This document shows positions 1 through 10,805 of a stretch of 64,000 nt of DNA, piece after piece (positions within the stretch are counted from its first letter, which is position 1; every line of letters starts with the position of its first letter). The notes beneath the pieces are model-generated. The model saw only the letters and a list, made by a program, of their open reading frames with translations, had not been told where the DNA came from and made no database searches. Source of the DNA: Callorhinchus milii (lineage: Eukaryota); contig NW_024704742.1 in the NCBI RefSeq assembly GCF_018977255.1, forward strand, positions 68,636,001 through 68,700,000. The letters are read 5' to 3'. The position numbers and the translations under genes are program-made.

Positions 1-130
1 CGAGGTGTTGGACTTTCTTGGGTCCAACAATTGAGAGGATCCATTCCACTGCCTCTGTCATGGCTACTGCCACCCTCCCCTCCTCCTCCCCCAATCCCAC
101 CCTTGGCCTCCGCCCGTCCTCCCTCTACAC
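1..130 (+). mobile_element. L2 LINE internal fragment at the window edge
   Basis: ttggactttcttgggtccaacaattgagaggatccattccactgcctctg resembles the reverse complement of the L2 at about 4690-4740. Confidence 0.5.
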
Positions 131-307
131 GTTCAACCAGATATTGAGACATTTGTGACTTTCTTTTTCTGCTGCAGATTTCAGTGACCAGATAGCAAAA
201 ACAGACCCTATTAAGGTGGTTGCAGAATGTCAATACAATACGATTGTTGGTCACATTCAAGCACTTCAGCTACAGGAGCTTTCAGGGCCCAGCATCGCAC
301 ACGGGCC

Positions 308-780
308 CCGAGAGAAAGAAACACACTCACATAGAAAGAGAGACACACACACTCAGAGGCAGAGAGAGACATACAAACACAGACACACACACTCAGAGAC
401 ACACAGAGAGACACGCACACACACAGACACAGAGAGACACGCACACACACAGATACAGAGAGACACACACACACAGACATAGAGAGAGACACACACACAC
501 ACAGAAAGACTCACATACACACATAGCCAAGAGAGAGACACACACACACAGAGACATAGAGAGAGACACACACACACACAGACACACACAGAGACTCACA
601 TACTCAGAGACCCAGAGAGAGACACACACACAGACACAGTGAGAGACACACACTCATACAGACACAGAGAGAGACTCACAAACACACACACACAGAGACA
701 GACACACACAGACACACACAGATGCATATAGAGAGAGACGCACACAAACAATCACGCTCACACAAACACAGAGACACACA
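308..780. repeat. Compound (CA)n/(GA)n low-complexity microsatellite
   Basis: Directly visible; it produces the spurious CV/HT-rich ORFs. Confidence 0.95.
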
Positions 781-1722
781 AATAATAATACACACACATA
801 TACACACACAATAACATGCAGACAATAATACACACAAATACACACACACAGTGACAGACAATAATACATACACATATACACACACACAGTGACACACAGA
901 CAATAATACACACACACACAGTGACACACAGACAATAACATACACATACACACACACACAGTGACACACAGACAATAATACACACACATATAAATACCCA
1001 CAGTGACACACAGACAATAATAATAATAATCCTTGCATTTGATATAACGCTTTTCACGTCTTCTCAACATCTCAAAGCACTTCACAGAATAGACTGTAAA
1101 GTGAATTGACTGTATATTTGTGGGTGAAAAGTGACAGCCAATTGCACACAGCAATGTCCCACAAACAGTCGTGGATTGAAAATGACCAATTTATTATTGT
1201 TTTGTTTTGGAGGGATTATTATTAGGTGTGTGGAGTAAGGAAACTTGCCCAAGGTTTTGCCCTCTGCCTAGAATTGAACCCAGGTGTCTCACCTGCAAGA
1301 CGAGCACTCTAACTACTGAGCTACAGGACTCCACGATACACACACATATATATATATACACACACAGACAATAATATACACACATACACACACACACAGC
1401 GACACACAGACAATAATACACACACATATACACATATACAATGACACACAGACAATAATACACGCATATATATATACACACACAGTGACACACAGACAAT
1501 AATACAGACGCATATACACACACACAGTGACACACAGACAATAATACACACACATATACACACACACAGTGACACACAGACAATAATACACACACAAAGA
1601 CACACACACACAGTGACACACAGACAATAATACACACATACACACACACACATCCAGAGACACACAGACAATAATACACACATATATACACACACAGTGA
1701 CACACAGACAATAATACACACA
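780..1722. repeat. Minisatellite with a ~30-36 bp unit (cacagtgacacacagacaataatacacacacatata), interrupted by a SINE at 1016-1334
   Basis: The motif gacacacagacaataata recurs roughly 20 times, on both sides of the SINE. Confidence 0.9.
1016..1334 (-). mobile_element. tRNA-Ala-derived SINE, short (internally deleted) subfamily with intermediate tail
   Basis: The reverse complement starts gtggagtcctgtagctcagtagttagag (A box), contains ggttcaattc (B box) and ends aaatgcaaggattattatt. Confidence 0.9.
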
Positions 1723-2555
1723 TGAGTGCCCGGAGTCGCCCCCACCCACATTGACGTTAGGTAAACAGCCGTTTGTTCCAGTAACGTTGAATAGAATGTT
1801 TTCCTCGAGGAGCTAATGTAGGAAAATGTGTGTTGTGTGACGTGATAATTACTTAATGACCAGCTTGTACTTATATAGTGCCCTTCATGCAGGATAGGGT
1901 CTTAATGCGCTTAACAGTGGCGGTGCCTGACGCAGAGCCAGGGGGAGGGAGGTGCTGTGAGCATGGTCTTCGGTTCCGATCTGAAAAAGGGGAAGGAGGA
2001 GGCAAGGCAGATGGATTGAGAGAGAGAGAGTTCCAATGTTTCAGGGCGTAGAGGCTGAAAGCATGGCCACTGATGGTGAAGTGGAGGGGATGAGTGTGCG
2101 GAGCTTGAAGTCAATCCGTTCTATTACCCATGCACTGTATCAGAGCATCAGCCTAGACTGGGTTAATTCAAATCTCGACCAGAGGCACAACTTTCTGAGT
2201 TAATTCTTGGAGTGATCCAACTGAGCACGACTGACACATGAATGTTTATCAATTGTTAAAAATACAACAACTGGTGAAAAAAAATCCCTAAATGCAATAT
2301 GTAGTAACAGAATGTCACTGAAGAGGGAATTGAAATGTGCTTTGTATATCTACAACATGTTTCAAAACTGCTAAAGGGACATTTGCATAATGTATGTACA
2401 CACAATAAAGATTTAAAAGAGAATTGAATAAATATTTGAAAAGGAACAATATTAAAAAGGTATGGAGAAAGAGCAGTGAATTGGGTTTAGAGTAGTTAGC
2501 TAGCACCAGTTTTGTCTTGATGGGTTTAGTGACCACATTCTGTGTTGTAATTCAT

Positions 2556-2757
2556 GTCAGCTTGGCTCAGTTGGTAGCAGTCTTACCTCTGAGTTAGAAG
2601 GTTGTGGGTTAATGCTCCATGTTGGAACTTTTAACTAATTTCGTCCAGGATGATGCTCAAGTGCAGTGATGGAGGTACCGTCTTTCGGATGAGATGTTAA
2701 ACCGAGATCCTGACTGCCTATTCAGGAGAGCGTTAAAGATCCCATGGCATTATTCAG
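2556..2757 (+). mobile_element. Old Deu-domain-type SINE (SacSINE1-like), 5' half; it resumes at about 5849-6045 after the L2 insertion
   Basis: tRNA-like head gtcagcttggctcagttggtagca followed by gtctttcggatgagatgttaaaccgag...aaagatcccatggca, which matches the recalled Deu core. Confidence 0.75.
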
Positions 2758-5700
2758 CAACAACAACAAAATTACATTTGTTTAGCACCTTTCACATCGG
2801 GAGGACATCCCAAGGCGCTGGACAGTCAGTGTTTCGGACCCAAGCTGGGGATCGGGATTGGGGAGGTGGAGGGCAGGGGGGTAAGCAGGATAATCAAAAG
2901 CACAGTTTCCTTACTCCACACAGAGGAGGGTTTTGAGATAAGTCTTGAAGGAGGCAAGGGAGGGGGCGAGACAGAGGGACTACAGGATGGAATTCCAGAG
3001 GATGGGGCAGAATGGCAGAAGGCCCGCCCGCCAATGGTGGGGTGCGCTAGGCGGGGAATGTGAAGCAGGCCGGAGCCTCCTGAGCAGAGTGGTGCAGGCA
3101 GGATGGTAGGGGGTTAGGAGGTCGCAGAGGTAGGGGGAGCAAGACTATGGAGGGATTTGAAGTTGAGGACCAGGATCTTGAATTGTATCCTCTATTTGAT
3201 GGGAAGCCAGTGGAGTCGGGCGAGGATTGGCATGATCGGGTCATGGACCTGGTGCGGGAGAGGACACGGGTTGCAGAGTTCTGGATGATCTGCATCCTAT
3301 GGAGGGAGGAGTTGGGGAGGCCGACAAGCAAGGAGCTTGCATAGTCGAGCCTCGATGTAATGAAAGCTTGTATGAGGGTTTCGGGTCCCTGGGTGTGAGA
3401 CAGTGGGGGATCCGGGCAATGTTGCGGAGGTGAGGGAAGGCAGAGGGGGTCATAGCGCAGATATGGGGTAGAAAGGATAGTTGAGGGTCAAACAAGATGC
3501 CAAGGTTCTGGACTGGCTTAGTAAGGTGGAGTGTGCATCCATGGATGGTGATGCTGTCAGCACCTGAGGTGTGGAGGTAGAGTTGGGTGTCACGTGGAGT
3601 CCTGTAGCTCAGTGGTTAGAGCACTCACTTTGCAAGTGAGAGACCTGAGTTCAATTCCAGGCAGATCAGGGCGAAACCTTGGGCAAGTTTCCTTACTCCA
3701 CACAGAGCCTAATAATAATCCCTCCAAAACCCAAAACAATAATAAATTGGTCATTTTCAATCTACGACTGTTTGTGGGACATTGCTGTGCGCAATTGGCT
3801 GCCGCGTTCGCCCACAAATATACAGTCAATTCACTTTACAGTGTGTTCTGTGAAGCGCTTTGGGATGTCCTCCTGACATGAAAAGCGCTATATCAAATGC
3901 AAGGATTATTATTATTATTATTATTATTATTATCTGCATACATGTGGAAGTTGACCCCATGTTTGCGGATGATATATCCACCGTGAGGGAGCATATAGAT
4001 ATTGAAGAGGAGGGGACCAAGGACAGAGCCCTGAGGAATGCCGCACAAGACGTGAGCTAGAGGAGAAACCGTTTGTGGAGATGAAGTGGAGGCGGTGTGA
4101 GAGTTACGATCTGAACCAGTCAAGACAGAGCCGTGAAGGTTGAGGTGAGAGGAGAGGCAGTGGATGAGGATAGAGTGGTCGATTGTGTCGAACGCAGCAG
4201 AGAGGACAAGGAGGCAGAAGGAGCCCTGGTCGCAGATGGACAGAATGTTATTTGTCACTTTGACCAGGGCTGTTTCTGTGCTGTGGGTGGCATGGAAGCC
4301 GAATTGGAAGGATTCAAGAAGGGAGTGGCGGGAGAGGAAGGAGCAAAGCAACAACTCATTCCAGGACCTTGGAGAGAAAAGGGAGGTTGGAGAATTGGGC
4401 GGTAGTTTGAGAGCAGTGATGGATCAAGAGAGGGTTTTTTAAGGATAGGAGTGATAACAGCCATTTTTAATGGTGTGGGAACAGTACCAGTGGCCAGGAA
4501 GAGGTTTATGATGTCTGTGAGTGGAGGGGCAAGGAGGTGGAGCTTGGAGGTAAGGAGAGGGGTAGGAATGGGGTTGAAGGAGCAAGTGGTCGGTTTCATG
4601 TGGGTTATAGTGGTGATGAGAGAGGAGTGGAACACAGGTCTGAGGGATGGGTAGCGCGGTGAAAGGGAGAGATGGGGAGGGTGTAGCAGAGGCAACTGAG
4701 TGGATCCCCACAACTTTGGATTTGAAGAAGTCCAGCATCGCCTTGCAGTTAGCATTGGTGGTGAGGATGGGCGAGGCATGAGAGGGTGGGCAGAGGAGCC
4801 ATTTGGTGATGGAGAAGAGGAGCCTGGGATTGTCTTTGGCCTCCAAAATTGTCTTGGAGTAGAATGACGATTTAGCGGAGGCGAAGGCGGAGCGGTAGGA
4901 TCTGCCAATGAACCGTTAGGTTCAATTTAAGCCAGGTGAGTCCAGCAGCACTCATCCATACTTTAAGGGAGTGGAGGTGGTGGTGTACCATGGTGACTTA
5001 CGTGAGTAAAAAACGGTTCGGGAAGTGAGGGGAGAAAAGGTATCGAGAGTGGTGGCAAGGGAGCTGTGGAGAAGAATGACTGAGGAGGATAGGTCATTGC
5101 GGGAGGAAGCCCAGAGGGGAAGGAGTTCAGATGACTCCAAGGCAGCCGAGAGGGAGTGGAGGTTGATTTTTTTCCAGTAGTGGTTGGAGATGGAGGTGGG
5201 TTGAGTGGCGGTGGGGGTGGAATTGAGGAGTTGACAGAGATGAAGTGATGGTCCAATATCACTTTGTCAATGATAGTGAGGTCTGAGACTTTGAGGCCCC
5301 GAGTGATCACCAGGTCGAGGGAGTGATCGCGGACGTGGCTGGATGTGGAGGGAGAGGTTGAGGGAGGAGATAAGGGATGAGAACTCAGCAGAGGTAGAGC
5401 AGGAGCGGGTGAAGTGAAGGTTGAAGTCGCCTAGGATGAAGAGGTGTTCGGAGCAGAGGGAGAGGGAAGATAGGAGGGTGGCGATGTCGGACATGAAGGT
5501 GGGGGAGGGCTTGGCGGGGGCCGATAGATGAGAAGAATTTTGAGGGCAAGGTTGGAAGGGGTGATAAAGGATAAGGTGCTCAAAGATGGGGAAAGTGCCA
5601 CAGGAATAAGGGGATAGGCTGAGCGGGGACCAGGAGATGAGAGCCACATCGCCACCACGGTGGTTAGGTCATGGGGTATGATGGAAGGCTTAGCCGGGTG

Positions 5701-5848
5701 GTGGGTCTCTATCAGGGGGAAGGTGTCACCTGGAGTGATCCAGGTTTCAGTGAGGGTGAGAATGTCGATGTTTTCGTTGATAACAAAGTCTTGGATGGTG
5801 AGTGTTTTATTGGAGAGGGAGCAGACATTTTTGTAGGCCGATTCGGAG
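2758..5848 (-). mobile_element. L2-clade LINE, 5'-truncated and degenerate (APE endonuclease, RT, 3' stem-loop, (TTG)n tail)
   Basis: Minus-strand ORF pieces: NVCSLSNK..DILTLTETW, FILGDFNLH (EN); LSNYRPI, LSAAFDTIDH, GIPQGSVLGPLLFNIYM, FHMYAD (RT). The tail caacaacaac is at 2758. Many frameshifts. Confidence 0.92.
3594..3933 (+). mobile_element. tRNA-Ala-derived SINE, young short subfamily, nested in the L2
   Basis: Full head with A/B boxes and a TGC anticodon loop, followed by the body and an (ATT)n tail. Confidence 0.93.
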
Positions 5849-6045
5849 AATGGAGTTTGTCCCAGTGTTCTCACCAACAATCTGATTGATAAAAGTGGCT
5901 ATTCATTTTATGGTTATTTGTGGGATATTGCTGGGCCTAAATTGCCTCCTGTGTTTGCCTATAAAATGCACAGTCACAAAACTATCGTAATTCCTATAAG
6001 ATGTGCTAATGACATGAAAGATGCTGTAGTAAATGGAAGATATTT
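5849..6045 (+). mobile_element. 3' half of the old Deu-type SINE split by the L2
   Basis: ggagtttgtcccagtgttctcaccaacaatc...tttgtgggatattgctg...catgaaagatgctgtagtaaatggaag has the same order as the intact copy at 41395-41797. Confidence 0.65.
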
Positions 6046-7285
6046 TGTAATTTGTAAGATTTAGTGTGTAAATATATTGATGCATATACACACATAGACA
6101 TACACATTTGTCTCAATGAAAGCACCACCCAACATTGTAAGTTTTGTATTCTATCAACTTGCACTTATACAGTAATTAATGTTTTTCATGTCACATAGGA
6201 GGAATGTCCCAAAGCACTTCCCAGCCTCCATGGGGCTCAACCAGCAGGGTGGAAAGTCGTGGATGTTTGAATGTTGTGCGCAAGTGTTGGACTCAATGTT
6301 TGGTCAAAGATATTTTTTAGTAGGGCTTTGAACGCAAAGTAGGCACAAAGCAAAGAGATTTTGGGAGAGAGTTCTCGAGAGGTGGGGTCATTGTGGCTCA
6401 AGGCTTGCTAGGATGAAAGGAGTGAGGGATAAGTAGCAGAATAGAGTTGAGTAGGAGTATAGGGCTAGAGGAGATATCATTGTTGAAGAGGGTGTCAGAC
6501 ATATTCAGCAGTGCGGTGTCATGTAAAAGGTGCATCTGCTTCCTGGAAAGTTTGTGGCAGACAAGGCAGACTGTGTATTGTCTGAGCTTTGCAGAGTGGC
6601 CCAGATTGACAAAGACAAGAGTAGGCTTGTTTACATCTGGGCATGATTCCATTTGCCCAATGGACACCTCGATTAAAGTCTGATTTGTTGTGAAATGAAA
6701 AGAAAATGGCAGCGGAATCTCAAACCAGGATTTGACATACAGGAACAGACACAGAGCAGATCTAAATTGCTAATGAAAAATGTGTTCACAAAAGAACATC
6801 ACATTAAGACAAGCACTGCAGGCACAATGAAGGCTTAAAAGGGTAGGGTGTTTGGTATGAACCGTGCACTAGAGGAATAAAGTATTGGAAACGCTCTTTC
6901 ATAACAGTCAATACCAGCCAATTGCTTCATCATTTTCTGAGTGCTCTGTGCTGCTATTTATTATCTTTAGAAAGGCTTGTGTGGATAATTACTAGCGTCT
7001 TAGCTTTCAGCAACAAATAACAGGATGCACTGAGATGAGGATTCATTTGCATGTCATTCCTGATGCCAATGGGGCAAAGGTGAGAAGGCTGTTTTAAAAG
7101 ATCTGTGGGCCTAACTGACTGACCGAGCAAGTGCAGTCCACAACCGACTAAAGATTGAGCTTCAACAGCAAGTTCTGCAGTTCAACTGCATTCTTCAACA
7201 AGGATGAAGATTGATATGTGATGTGGTAGTCATCCACTGACTACTGGCAGTGTGTGTGATCTTGCTGCAGGCAAACTGGCTGCCT

Positions 7286-7392
7286 CAAAAACAGAAGTTG
7301 CTGGGAACACTCAGCAGGGGGTCAGGCAGCATCTATGGAGAAAGGAAAGTGAGTCAACGTTTTGGGTCCATGACTCTTCGTCAGAATGCTTT
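7286..7392 (-). mobile_element. Penelope-like element terminal-repeat relic containing a degenerate hammerhead ribozyme core
   Basis: aaacagaagttgctgggaacactcagcagg..tcaggcagcatctatggaga..gtcaacgttttgggtccatgactcttcgtcagaa resembles recalled chondrichthyan Penelope termini. The minus strand reads CTGACGA-agagtc-atg-gaccc-AAAAC. Confidence 0.6.
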
Positions 7393-8243
7393 TGAACTGT
7401 ATATTTGTAGGCAAACTGGCTGCCTCGTTTGTCTACAAATATGCAGTCACTACACTGGATAGTAATTAGAATAATAATCTGGGTAGTGGATATAGCACCT
7501 GATCATGTTGTTGAAACGCACTTCACAGGGTTTTTTACTATAAATAATAATAATAATAATAATAACGTGTAGTGACTGTGTATTTGTAGGTGAAGTTCCT
7601 TTATATTATTTGCTGTATCAAGTGCAAGAATTATCATAGTTATCAATGATCATGAACTCACCTTTAAAAGTTGACAACTATAAGAAACATCAAGTTAGGA
7701 CAGTATTCGCTGATCTATTCAACATTACAATTTATATTTAGAAAGCGCCTATCACATTGGATGGACACATCAAAAGTATTTCACACTGCTGGCTGGGTAT
7801 CCAAACTGGAGGTGATGGGAACTAAAGAGTGTTGAGAGGGGAAAGATGGCTGAAAGTATGGTCAAAGAGGTCAGTCTTAAGGCTGGTGTTGAACTTGGGG
7901 AGAGGGAGTGAGTCAGAGGGACTGTGGGATGGAGTTCCAGAGAGAGGGGTGAATGGCTGAAAGCTTGATCAAGCACAGAAAAGGCTGGGCTCTGTCTGAC
8001 AATGGCTAAAACAAGTGGCTTTTGAACGAAATAGGGAGCTTCCAGCAGTTAACTGTTATCTACTAACTGCCCATTTGATTGCTGAATATAGGGACCAACA
8101 AGATTAATCCTGTCTCCATCCCTTAATTCTAAACACATCACACATGAACACCCATTATTGCTAAATCAAAAGTGGGATATAATAATCAAAGCACACTGAA
8201 TTTGAGATACCAATATTCCAGTTCTCTCACTTTCCTATTGGCA

Positions 8244-8597
8244 ATAATAATCCTTGCATTTGATATAGCGCCTTATCACGTCTTCAAGGCGTCTCAAAGC
8301 GCTTCACAGAATATACTTTAAAGTGAATTGGCTGTATATTTTGTGGGCGGAAAACAGCAGCCAATTGCGCATAGCAGTCGTAGATTGAAGTGAACAATTT
8401 TTAAATTTTCTTTTGAAGGAATAATTACCCTCGGAAAAGCAATCCGCTAATCAATTAACAACTGGGTTCCTACTTACTGCTTGGTAAACGGAGGTGTGTG
8501 GAGTAAGGAAACTTGCCCAACATTTCGCGCTGCCGAGAATCAAACCCATGTCTCTCACTTGCGAGCAAGCATGCTAACCACTGCACTACAGGACTCC
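8244..8597 (-). mobile_element. tRNA-Ala-derived SINE, old long subfamily
   Basis: Contains the extra ~65 bp segment and the gagacg..gacgtgataaggcgct tail. Similar copies at about 9030-9372(+), 10255-10495(-), 14060-14450(-), 16797-17162(-), 24293-24573(+) and 29605-29900(+). Confidence 0.85.
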
Positions 8598-9514
8598 AAT
8601 AGTGAGGAACAGCACGAGATGATACTAGACATGACGCTATTTTTAGCCATAAAGCAGCTGAATTAGGCTTATTATACCCTTTTTCTGAATCCTAGCATCA
8701 AAGATCTAGCACTAGAGAATGAGCAGGCCAGCCAACAAGACAATGAGTCACTGGTACTATCACCTCCATCTGATTCTCTATTTACTTGGGCTCCGTGCCT
8801 GATAGATGGAACTGTTCTCATCTCCACCATCTGTTAGAAACCCCAAGCAATTATACTTTGCAGGCCTAGGGTGCTTAGCATCGCAAGTTCTTTTTGAAAT
8901 TCTTCCATCTTATTTTTGAAAATCAAATAATTAACAGGCAATGTTCCTCAGACATTCATGCCAATTTGGATATTGTTTTCAGAATTAAAATTTGGTTTAA
9001 ACCCTATTCTTCACCCATCCCCCTTTATTATGGAGTCCCATAGTATAGTGGTTGGTGCGCTCGCCTCACAAGTGAAAGGACCCGAGTTCAATTCCTGGGC
9101 GAGATGAAACCTTAGGCAAGTTTCCTGACTCCACACGCTTTTGTTTACCTCGCAGTAACCAGGAACCCAGTTGTTAATCAATTCGCAGATTGCTTTCCCG
9201 GGGTAATAAATTCTGTCACTCAATCCACGACTGTGTGACACTGCTGTGCACAATCGGGTGCCGCGTTTCACTCACAAAATACACAGTCAATTCAATTTTA
9301 CAATACATACTGCAAAACATTTGAGACATCGCAATGACGTGATAAGGCTCTATATCAAATGTAAGGATTATTCAAACCAAAGCATGGAAACTTGCCTAAG
9401 GTTTCACCTCAGTTCTCTGTCCAAGAGGGCAATTTTCTAAAGAGGAAGACAATATAGAAAGAAAGAACTTACATTTTTATAATGCAGTATCACATCAAAA
9501 TATCTGAAATACTC

Positions 9515-9830
9515 AGGCCAGGGATTATTCACACTTGGTTCCTGTTAGCTCTGCATGCCAAAGCCTCAATAGATAGGTTGGTCCTAACTGGACAAGCACC
9601 AATTAAATTCCAGTCATATTGCAACGTACATTCTGAGATTCCCCCCAAGCTTTGGCTTTTGCCAACTTACACCTAATACTTTACACTGGATTAGATAAGC
9701 AGGGGGAGCGTTTGCATTCCACTTGAGACAAAGGAAAATCTTCATGTGTAGATGTCATGTGTACGTAGAACCCAATGTATTCTCATTTGGATACCCTTTG
9801 CAGTGTTTCATAAGCGATTACTGTCGGGTG
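9515..9830 (-). repeat. Unclassified interspersed repeat (family X), copy 1
   Basis: The reverse complement shares agggtatcc..gagaat, ttggcaaaagccaaagcttggg and tgcttgtccag..ggctttggc..aacagga with 33681-34078 and 36417-36800. Confidence 0.7.
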
Positions 9831-10805
9831 AATTGTTTTAAGGCAAAAGCAGCAGCTGTTGGACACAGCAACATCCCACAAAGAGCTGTGAGGTGAATGT
9901 AGCAAAATAATAAACTTGACATCCTCATATTAGGAGGATGTCTCAAAGTGCTTCACAACATTTACTGTAAAGTATTTTGTAGGCAATGACAAACTAAGCC
10001 AATTTGGGGTCTAAAAATCCCCTTCTCTTTGCAAATAGTGCACTAGGATCTTTAACAGGCAGAAATGATCTTGTTTTAACATCCCATTCCAAAGGACAAC
10101 TCCAACAATGCATCACCCCCTAGCACTTCACTCAAGGGTCAAAATGGACTGTGAGCTCAAGATTCCAGGAGCAAGAGTGCAACTATTTGAACCAGCTGAT
10201 ACCAGTCTATTACGAGCAAACGATGCTCACCAAAGGACCACAAAATCATTTAAGTAATAATAATAATATAATAATGGTTGCATTTGACGTAACCTTATCG
10301 CATCATTGAGACGTCTTCACAGAATATATTGTAAAGCAAAATGACTGTGTATTTTGTGGACGAAACATGGCAGCCAATTGCACATAGCAGTGTCCCACAA
10401 ACAGTTATGGATTGAGCGACAAAATTTTTTGGGGAGGGATTATTACCCTCGGAAAGCGCTCTACCAATCGACTAACAACCGGGTTCCGACTTAAACAAAG
10501 GAACAGCACTCATCAGAATCAAATATCAAATAATTCACATAAAGTAATAATCATTGTTATATTGGAATTAGAAGGGAGTGCTTACTGCGGTATGGTTGAA
10601 TTCAGGAATGGTATTTGTCGGGTTCAGGATCTCCCACCAACATTTTCCTGCAGTATTTTTCTTCCCTCATTGCCTCAAGTTTCTGACACAATGTATTAGC
10701 TTAACTTTACACTATCAAAATTCTCCTTCCAAGTTTGCCTCTGATTTTGCTAAATGTAGACACTCAGTTTATTCAGCTGATTCCTGATATAAGATTACAC
10801 AATTA

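Noticed and set aside
780..1722. CRISPR-like repeat-spacer array
   Set aside because: The spacers are just variable (CA)n/(TA)n runs, the context is eukaryotic and there are no cas genes.
211..1751. Long Cys/Val- or His/Thr-rich ORFs (also at 25751-26938)
   Set aside because: These are translations of CA/GA/TG simple repeats that lack stop codons.
3590..3881. Recurrent small ORFs such as [11 protein letters not shown].., [16 protein letters not shown].. and ..[10 protein letters not shown]
   Set aside because: They recur only because they are translations of SINE copies.
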